Source: Vibrio vulnificus CMCP6 (GTDB taxonomy: Bacteria; Pseudomonadota; Gammaproteobacteria; Enterobacterales; Vibrionaceae). Taken from it: a stretch of 32,000 nt of DNA. Position 1 is the stretch's first letter, and each line of letters begins with the position of its first letter. The translations under genes and the position numbers were made by a program. The stretch covers positions 1,470,001 to 1,502,000 of the forward strand of contig NC_004460.2 in the NCBI RefSeq assembly GCF_000039765.1, in the 5' to 3' direction. Positions 16,612-23,623 of this stretch are shown in pieces. The notes below the pieces were generated by a model. That model was given only the letters and a program-made list of their open reading frames with translations. It had not been told where the DNA came from and ran no database searches.

Positions 16612-17736
16612 ATGAGTCAAGTTGATCAGATTGATATTGTAAAACAGATTTACAGCACCATTGAAAAGCCAGAATTATGGCAAGAGGTGTTGGTCCGCCT
16701 GAGTGAAGTATTAGGGTCTTCGCACGCATTTATTGCTAGCCGATCGAGTGTTGATCATTCGCCGTCTCGGTTTGTTGCCCATGGCTTTGAATCTGGCCAT
16801 TTTGAAACCTATCAAGAGCATTTCTATAAAGTAGATTTGTGGACGCAGGGATTGGCACAGCACGATGCCAACCAGTTTCATGCTAGCCATTTGGTTTGCA
16901 ATGATAAGGACTTTGTTGGTTCCGAAATTTACTCGGATTTTGCGAAGCCGGCGGCAATCAGAAATTCAATTGGCTGTTTACTCGCTAAACCGGATAGCCC
17001 ATTGATCACCGAAATTGCGTTTATGTCAGGGCCTGACACGGCTTACTATTCTCAGCAGCAGGTGGCGGCTGCCAATGCGTTTCTTCCGCATATTGATCAC
17101 GCTTTGGGAATGTCACTGCGTATGCAGCAGGCCAACGCGGCAGGCGCTCAAGATGCGTTACTGGATGTGTTGCCTGAAGCCATTTTTGTTTGTGACCACC
17201 ATGCTGAGCTGCGTTACTTGAATGCATCGGCTCAAGTTTTATTGTCTAACAGCACGTTGTTTCAATCGTCGACTTTCTTTTCACGTCGATTAAGCTTCGC
17301 TTCAGCGCAGACAGATGCTCAATTTAAACTCGGTTTAAATCAATCCGCCGCTATCCTTGGCGCAGAGTTTGATAAGCGTTTTTATGCTTGGGATAAGCAT
17401 ATTGTTTATCGAGTGACATTAAAGCCTTGGTTTTACCAAGTCGTGACACCGATTGGACCACACAATGTCGCTTGTTGTTTAGTGGTGGTGCAAGCTTGCG
17501 CGAGTCGGTTAAAAATTCATCCTCAAGAAATCATGTCTTTGTTTTCATTAACCTTAGCGGAAGCGGAAGTGACCAGTTTACTTTGCTCTGGCTCTTTGGT
17601 TGATGAAATTGCCGTGCTACGTGCTGCAACCAGCAACACGATTCGACAGCAGATTAAAGCGTGCCTAGCGAAGACCGCAACCCGTAATCAGGCTGAACTG
17701 GTTGCTAAAGTCATTCGGAGTTTTACTCTGAGTTAG
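16612..17736 (+). CDS. LuxR/GerE-family HTH transcriptional regulator with an uncharacterised N-terminal sensor region
   Basis: C-terminal LTLAEAEVTSLLCSGSLVDEIAVLRAATSNTIRQQIKACLAKTATRNQAELVAKVI is a GerE-type HTH. First ATG is at 16612; a GTG lies at 16606. Confidence 0.8.
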   Translation: MSQVDQIDIVKQIYSTIEKPELWQEVLVRLSEVLGSSHAFIASRSSVDHSPSRFVAHGFESGHFETYQEHFYKVDLWTQGLAQHDANQFHASHLVCNDKDFVGSEIYSDFAKPAAIRNSIGCLLAKPDSPLITEIAFMSGPDTAYYSQQQVAAANAFLPHIDHALGMSLRMQQANAAGAQDALLDVLPEAIFVCDHHAELRYLNASAQVLLSNSTLFQSSTFFSRRLSFASAQTDAQFKLGLNQSAAILGAEFDKRFYAWDKHIVYRVTLKPWFYQVVTPIGPHNVACCLVVVQACASRLKIHPQEIMSLFSLTLAEAEVTSLLCSGSLVDEIAVLRAATSNTIRQQIKACLAKTATRNQAELVAKVIRSFTLS

Positions 17737-17782
17737 AGTACTCGGTGAGCTGAGTTCAGCAACCAAGCCTTCTTTCGCATCC

Positions 17783-17805
17783 AAAATTGGGGCGAAGAGC
17801 GCCCC
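17783..17805 (-). terminator. rho-independent terminator downstream of manA
   Basis: GGGGCG (17789-17794), loop AAGAG, CGCCCC (17800-17805). On the minus strand this is followed by AATTTT. Confidence 0.55.
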
Positions 17806-17815
17806 TCGAAGGTGC

Positions 17816-19033
17816 TTAACTCAACGCTCTTGCCACTCGGCCTTGGCTGGTGATGGTGTAGTGTTCACAGTAAGCGGGAATGAACACCGATTGGCCCTTT
17901 TTGAGCAAACAACGTTCGCCATTAGCGTGGTTGAGTTCGAGATCGCCATCCAGAGGCAGCAAGATTTCCGCGCTGGAAACGTTGATCGTCAGCTTTTCTG
18001 CTGGCGGTAAAATCGCAAATTTAAAGTCGGCGACAGGAATGGGGTAGTGCAGGCTACCGTCACTCAGGTTTGGCTCAAGGTGCAGTTGTTCCAACGGCTT
18101 GTGTATGAACTGAGTGCACGCCACCAGTTCATCAATATCCATGTATTTTGGCGTTAAACCCGCGCGCAACACATTGTCGGAGTTGGCCATGATTTCTAAG
18201 CCCGTGCCATGCAAATAGGCGTGCGGTGTCTCGGCGTGCAAGAACATCGCTTCCCCCGGCTGTAAGGTAATTACATTGAGCATCAATGGCGCGAACAAGC
18301 CGATGTCGTTGGGGTACTGTTTTTCCAGTTCAACAATCAAGGCAAAGAGCGGCAAATCAACCTGTTTTGCTTGGTGGATCAAGGCCTCTACGGCGTTGGT
18401 TTTCGCTTCGCCTTGCAATGAGAGTAAGCCAGAGAAAAAGTCACTCAACCCTGGTTCGGTTGGGTTAGTTGAGAACGCATCCACGAGGGAGCTCAACTCG
18501 TCAATCGCCAGCTCGGTGAAGACATTGAGAATTTCATCGATAGCGCGAAAGCCGTTCATCGCGTGGTATTCGGTAAGCGCGTAAACCAGCTCTGGCTTGT
18601 GGTTTGGATCTTTGTAATTGCGGTTGGCGGCGGTCAACGCAATACCTTGCTGCTCTTCACGGGCAAAGCCCAATTCAGCTTGCTGCTTGTTGGGGTGCAC
18701 CTGAATCGACAGCGCGTTTTCAGCGGCGAGAATTTTAAATAGATAAGGCAGCTCCCCAAACTGTGCGGCGGTCTGCTCACCTAAAATCAGCGCTGGATTT
18801 TGCGCAATAAAGTCAGACAATTTAACTTGCTGACCTGCCATCGTGACGCATGAACAACCATTGGGATGCGCTCCCATCCACAGCTCTGCTTGGGGTTCAT
18901 TGGTTGGATTTTCGATGGCAAACAATTGCTGCATGGCGGTTTTGCTGCCCCACGCATAGTTTTGTATCGGATTGGTCATAGGGAAAAACACCGCCTGCGG
19001 CAGGGTTGCTTGCGAAGCTAGAATCTCAGACAT
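17816..19033 (-). CDS. manA: mannose-6-phosphate isomerase, class I
   Basis: IQNYAWGSKTAMQQLF, ELWMGAHP, QVHPNK and the C-terminal cupin region match class I PMI. Start placed at the MSEIL ATG (19033), which has a purine-rich AAGGCAAGAAAG upstream. The track ORF extends to 19123 through an in-frame repeat region. Confidence 0.9.
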   Translation of the reverse strand: MSEILASQATLPQAVFFPMTNPIQNYAWGSKTAMQQLFAIENPTNEPQAELWMGAHPNGCSCVTMAGQQVKLSDFIAQNPALILGEQTAAQFGELPYLFKILAAENALSIQVHPNKQQAELGFAREEQQGIALTAANRNYKDPNHKPELVYALTEYHAMNGFRAIDEILNVFTELAIDELSSLVDAFSTNPTEPGLSDFFSGLLSLQGEAKTNAVEALIHQAKQVDLPLFALIVELEKQYPNDIGLFAPLMLNVITLQPGEAMFLHAETPHAYLHGTGLEIMANSDNVLRAGLTPKYMDIDELVACTQFIHKPLEQLHLEPNLSDGSLHYPIPVADFKFAILPPAEKLTINVSSAEILLPLDGDLELNHANGERCLLKKGQSVFIPAYCEHYTITSQGRVARALS

Positions 19034-19042
19034 CTTTCTTGC

Positions 19043-19102
19043 CTTCAGAAAAGTTATCTTTAGAAAAGTGACCTTCAGAAAAGTCACCATCGGAAAGATG
19101 GC
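19043..19102. repeat. four imperfect 15-bp tandem repeats in the PTS-manA intergenic region
   Basis: CTTCAGAAAAGTTAT, CTTTAGAAAAGTGAC, CTTCAGAAAAGTCAC and a degenerate CATCGGAAAGATGGC. The 15-nt period is in frame with manA. Confidence 0.65.
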
Positions 19103-19141
19103 TTGAGCGTGCGCCCAAGCCATACGGTGAAAAGAGGGGAG

Positions 19142-21043
19142 TTAAGCGGTTGCGGCCGCCAGTTTTTGTGCGCGGATTTTCTTCAGCGTCACACAAGTGA
19201 TTGCTGTAACCGCAGCGCCTGAAACCATGCAAATTAGCGCCAATAACGGGTAGTTCATCGCGCCAAGCAGTGCTACCACAGGGCCACCGTGCGCCACGCT
19301 GTTGGTGATGCCGAAAGAGAACGCCATTACCGCTGCAACCATAGAGCCCAATACGTTGGCAGGAATAACCGACATCGGATCTTGCGCCGCAAATGGAATC
19401 GCCCCTTCAGAGATACCGACTAAGCCCATTGCGCCCGCCGCTTTACCTGCTTCAATTTCTGACGATTCAAATAAATCGAACTTGCGACCCATCGCAGTGG
19501 CGAGCGCCATGCCAAGTGGTGCAACCGGAATGGCACACGCCATCGCGCCCATGAATTGGGTTTGGCCACTGGCAATCATGCCGACAGAGAACAAGAACGC
19601 CACTTTGTTGAATGGGCCACCCATGTCAAAGCCGGCCATACCACCCAGCACAATGCCCAGTAGAATCACGTTACCAGTACTCATGCTGGTGAGCAGGGCG
19701 GTGAGACCGTCCATTAAGCTGGCAATAGGGGCGCCGATGACGAAGATGAACAGACCAGCAATGAACAGCGATGCGGTGATGGGCGCAATCATGATCGGAA
19801 CGAGTGGCTGAATGAACTTGTGGTAGTTGATGGAGGTGATCCACTTAACGAAGTAACCAACAAGCAAGCCCGCGATGATGGCACCAATAAAGCCTGTTCC
19901 CGCTTCTGCGCCGTAGAAAGAGCCGTTGTTCGCAATCCAACCTCCGATTAAACCCGGAGCCAGTGCTGGTCGGTCTGCGATCGCGTAGGCAATGTAACCC
20001 GCCAAAATCGGGATCATCAGTGTGAAAGCAACCACGCCCACTTCAAGAATTTGGTTCCACATACTGCCGGGAGGAATCGCCATGCCCGCTTCGGTTGGCT
20101 CGCCGCCGACCGCAAGGGCTAAGGCAATCAGAAGACCCCCTGTGACCACGAATGGGATCATGTGAGACACGCCGTTCATCAAGAAACGATAGAGATCAGA
20201 GCGCGCTTGGGACGCTTTGTTCGCCACCGACTGCGTGCTGGCGCTTTCGGCTTGGTAGCTTGGCGCGTTTAACGCTTCGTTAATCAGCTTCTGAGCATCG
20301 CGAATTGGGGCTTTGACGTTGGTTTTGACAACACGTTTACCGGCAAAGCGCGCCATGTCGACCTGTTTGTCACATGCGACAACAATCGCCTCTGCGCGTT
20401 CAATTTCTTCTGCGGTTGGGCTGTTTTTTACCCCAATCGAGCCGTTGGTTTCCACTTTGATTTGGTAGCCCAACGCCGCCGCGCCTTTTTCCAGCGCTTC
20501 TGCCGCGAGGTAAGTGTGGGCAATACCTGCAGGACAACCCGTCACACCGATGATCAACCCTTTGCTCTCCGATGGGTGGGTCTCTGGCGCAGGTTCGGCC
20601 TTTTTCAGCAATAGCTGCAGCGCTTGCTCTGTGTTTTCGGCATTAAGGAATGCGTCGATAAAGCCTTCTTCGATCAGCTTGGAAGAGAGTTCAGCCAACA
20701 CTTCAATATGGTGGTTATCGCCTCCATCGGGGGATGCGATCATGAAAAAGAGTTTGGAAGGCAAACCGTCTTCTGCGCCGTACTCAATGCCCTGTTTGCT
20801 CACGCCAATGGCGACGGCAGGTTGGGTCACGGCGGCACTTTTCGCATGAGGGATCGCGACGCCGTCTTCAAATCCGGTGTTGCCTAACTCTTCACGCGCT
20901 TGGATGTCTTGTAGGAAGGCCGCTTTATCTGAAATACGTCCTTGCGAATGCAGGATGTCAATCAGCTCTTCAAAAACGGCTTGTTTTGTATTTGCTTGCA
21001 GATCAAGCTGAATTAAATTGGCATTAATCAGTTGGTTGATCAT
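19142..21043 (-). CDS. fructose-family PTS permease, EIIA-EIIB-EIIC fusion (probably mannose-specific, ManP-like)
   Basis: EIIA motif GVAIPHAKS, EIIB motif GVTGCPAGIAHTY, and a long polytopic EIIC. AGAGG Shine-Dalgarno 5 nt upstream. It lies immediately upstream of manA on the same strand. Confidence 0.9.
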   Translation of the reverse strand: MINQLINANLIQLDLQANTKQAVFEELIDILHSQGRISDKAAFLQDIQAREELGNTGFEDGVAIPHAKSAAVTQPAVAIGVSKQGIEYGAEDGLPSKLFFMIASPDGGDNHHIEVLAELSSKLIEEGFIDAFLNAENTEQALQLLLKKAEPAPETHPSESKGLIIGVTGCPAGIAHTYLAAEALEKGAAALGYQIKVETNGSIGVKNSPTAEEIERAEAIVVACDKQVDMARFAGKRVVKTNVKAPIRDAQKLINEALNAPSYQAESASTQSVANKASQARSDLYRFLMNGVSHMIPFVVTGGLLIALALAVGGEPTEAGMAIPPGSMWNQILEVGVVAFTLMIPILAGYIAYAIADRPALAPGLIGGWIANNGSFYGAEAGTGFIGAIIAGLLVGYFVKWITSINYHKFIQPLVPIMIAPITASLFIAGLFIFVIGAPIASLMDGLTALLTSMSTGNVILLGIVLGGMAGFDMGGPFNKVAFLFSVGMIASGQTQFMGAMACAIPVAPLGMALATAMGRKFDLFESSEIEAGKAAGAMGLVGISEGAIPFAAQDPMSVIPANVLGSMVAAVMAFSFGITNSVAHGGPVVALLGAMNYPLLALICMVSGAAVTAITCVTLKKIRAQKLAAATA

Positions 21044-21459
21044 AGAAACCTCTGTGTTTTGTCTTTTTTATCCCGCGCCGACCTCACGCTGCTGCGCCAA
21101 GTGGCCTGGGTATTTGTCAGAGATATTGTTTAATTTTGCGGATCGAGCGAGTAGTGAAGAAATAGAACATTTACTGGACAATTGTATCGGTATGAGTTGA
21201 ATGTGATTTGGATCGCTATGAGATTTGGTGAGTGTTTCTGCCTCAAAATTAGTCTTTGTTAACGTTAAATTTCTGTTATTTCATTAAGTTAAAGTGTGTT
21301 TGTTGTTTTTAAATAAGAAAATGGGCACTAGAGAATTGGTGCTGTGACTGGATTTTTGTATCATTTGGCCGGGAGTGTGATTTCGTTCAAGGAGTGATGG
21401 TAACAATCGTTGTATACCTTACGCCGTTACGAACTGAACAATGCGATGAGAGACGAGAG

Positions 21460-22299
21460 ATGATGTTTGATGATTTGATTTCATCGGTACTAAATGAACG
21501 TGAATCCTTTCATCATATTTGGTTCGCTGGCGATTTTCATACGCCACCTGAATTTAGCTATCAGGTTAACTTTCCCCGTTTGGAGTTAGTCTTGGATGGG
21601 GAATACATTAATGAAATGGAAAGCCACGATCGCAAAGTGAGCAAAATTGTCGCCAAAGCGGGTGATGCGATTTTTATTCCTTCTAACTGCTGGAATAAGC
21701 CGAATTGGGATACCGATTGCTCGGTGCTGAGCATGTTGTTTGGTCGCCGCCAGTTGGGGCTCAGTTTGGTGAGTAAGCGCAAAGGCGAAGCCAACTTTTA
21801 CGATATCCAAAAGCACAGTATCCAAACCCGTTCAGGTTTTGCCATCGATAACATCTTAGAGGCACTCAGCTCATTGGCGCGTGAAAATCACAAGAAGCCG
21901 ATGGACGAGTTGTTGCTGCAAGCCTTGCTGCAATACGCCAAAACCATGCTCAATGCCCCCGTTGAGCAGTCGCACAACCGCGTACAAGATCTCTATCAAG
22001 GGATCTGCATTTATATCCAAGAGAATTTCCATCGGCCAATTACCCGGGAAAGTATTGCATCGCGTTTTAGCATCTCTGCCAATCATTTATCGCGGCTGTT
22101 TCGCCAGCAAGGGCATATGACGTTGGCCGATTACATCACTTGGGTAAGGGTGGACCGCGCCAAGTTTATGCTCAAGAAGTATAACTTTAAGCTCAATGAA
22201 GTGGCGCTGCGCTGCGGGTTTAAGGATGTGAACTACTTCTGCCGCGTGTTTAAAAATCGCACGGGGCGCACGCCAACCGATTACCGCGCCTCAATTTAG
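21460..22299 (+). CDS. AraC-family transcriptional regulator (cupin-type sugar-binding N-terminal domain plus a double HTH)
   Basis: C-terminal ISANHLSRLFRQ ... CGFKDVNYFCRVFKNRTGRTPTDYR. I prefer the ATG at 21460 (MMFDDL...). The upstream GTG/ATG at 21394/21397 sits too close to its AAGGAG. Confidence 0.8.
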   Translation: MMFDDLISSVLNERESFHHIWFAGDFHTPPEFSYQVNFPRLELVLDGEYINEMESHDRKVSKIVAKAGDAIFIPSNCWNKPNWDTDCSVLSMLFGRRQLGLSLVSKRKGEANFYDIQKHSIQTRSGFAIDNILEALSSLARENHKKPMDELLLQALLQYAKTMLNAPVEQSHNRVQDLYQGICIYIQENFHRPITRESIASRFSISANHLSRLFRQQGHMTLADYITWVRVDRAKFMLKKYNFKLNEVALRCGFKDVNYFCRVFKNRTGRTPTDYRASI

Positions 22300-23070
22300 C
22301 AGGCGCGACATGGCGTACATCAGCAGCGCTTGCAGATCGACGCCACTGCGAGTCAGCAGTAGCCGCTCAACCATCTGATCACACAGTAAATTACGCGTTA
22401 AATTGGTCGCGGCGATGATCTGTTCTCGATTGGGCTTGCTTGGCATCACTAAAGCAATGGCCAAATGCACCTCGCCCATTTTTGAAGCCCAATCCATCGA
22501 TTCGTCGTTTTTGATCACCGCCACAGCAATGTGTTCAATGCCTTCAAACATCACATGAGGAATCGCGATGCCGGGCGCGACGCTGGTGGAAGAGCGCTCT
22601 TCTCGCTTGATAAACGCCAAAATCAGTTCATCGGGCGAAACGGGGTAGATCAGTTGCGCTAACCCTTTCAAACACTCGAATTTGGTGAGTTCGGTGTGTG
22701 CTTTGGCATAGTGCCATTTGACCTCGGCTGGTGGGCAAATTTGCGGTAGACGCTCGGCCAGATGGCTGGAGAACTCATAGTTGATCTTTGAACCGACCAC
22801 GGTGAAGTGATCCGAGAGCATGTCTTTAATCACAAAGCAGGCGAGTTCGGCATCAATGCCAATGGCGGTGATTTGGCAAAAATCCCCTTCTTGCAACCCT
22901 ACTTGCAGTACCGAGAGTGACTTTGCCAACTCTGCGCTGCGATTTTGCGTGATATTGATGATGTGTAGCGTGCTTTTGAACTTTCGCGCAACACGAGACA
23001 ATGGCTGGGCCACATGGGCGCTGGCGTTAACATCGTTCACCAAGAAGGTGACTTGATATTCATGCATCAT
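22291..23070 (-). CDS. two-domain PTS phosphocarrier: N-terminal HPr-like domain fused to a fructose/Ntr-type EIIA domain
   Basis: aa ~5-90, ...SAHVAQPL...SAELAKSLSVLQVGLQEGDFCQITAIGIDAELA..., parallels E. coli HPr ...GLHTRPAA...[33 protein letters not shown].... aa ~105-259 carry the EIIA motif GIAIPHVMF and the LAIALVMP region. Confidence 0.8.
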   Translation of the reverse strand: MMHEYQVTFLVNDVNASAHVAQPLSRVARKFKSTLHIINITQNRSAELAKSLSVLQVGLQEGDFCQITAIGIDAELACFVIKDMLSDHFTVVGSKINYEFSSHLAERLPQICPPAEVKWHYAKAHTELTKFECLKGLAQLIYPVSPDELILAFIKREERSSTSVAPGIAIPHVMFEGIEHIAVAVIKNDESMDWASKMGEVHLAIALVMPSKPNREQIIAATNLTRNLLCDQMVERLLLTRSGVDLQALLMYAMSRLLN

Positions 23071-23078
23071 GCTGGTGT

Positions 23079-23378
23079 TCAGCGACAGTGGACAAGAAAC
23101 ACTTTGTCGACGTTGAGCAGCACATCTTCGATGGAGAGTTTCACCACGTTCATACCTTCAAAACGTCCTGGCTGTTCGATTTCGATATCCGAGACAATCA
23201 ATACCTTATCCGCATGAGCCACATCATGAGGCGTCAGTTGATTTTCGATCCCCATCGCACCTTGGGTTTCGACTTTGATCTGCACATTGTACTTTGGTGC
23301 GGCTTTGGTTAATGCATCGGCCGCCATGTAGGTGTGCGCAATGCCCGTTGGGCAAGCGGTGACCGCAACAACTTTCAT
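23079..23378 (-). CDS. standalone fructose-family PTS EIIB
   Basis: MKVVAVTACPTGIAHTYMAADAL...IKVETQG is the EIIB(Fru) active-site Cys motif. Start set at the ATG at 23378. Its stop lies 8 nt before the next gene's start. Confidence 0.85.
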   Translation of the reverse strand: MKVVAVTACPTGIAHTYMAADALTKAAPKYNVQIKVETQGAMGIENQLTPHDVAHADKVLIVSDIEIEQPGRFEGMNVVKLSIEDVLLNVDKVFLVHCR

Positions 23379-23623
23379 CGGACTATCTCGTGGTAACGTT
23401 TGGCGGGATATTAGCACAGCGTAAGTCAAATGCGGCTTTTTCGCAGCAGACCCAGTTCACAATTCGCTTTTGATGTTACAAAAATCCAGTTATTGCATCT
23501 TTCGTCCTATGTTTTGAAACCGCTTGGCTGGTTAATCTAGCCTACACGCGCGTGCGCGAACCTACGCACGCCTCAATAACATGGACAACAGTATGGACAA
23601 CGCAAGGTAAAGCCATCGTGGAT

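Noticed and set aside
19034-19123. N-terminal extension of manA (MAWAHAQAIFPMVTFLKVTFLKITFLKARK...) as drawn in the ORF track.
   Set aside because: No Shine-Dalgarno precedes the ATGs at 19123 or 19090; the upstream sequence is pyrimidine-rich. The extension consists of the translated 15-bp tandem repeats. Class I PMIs begin a few residues before the NYAWGS motif. I kept the repeats as a separate finding.
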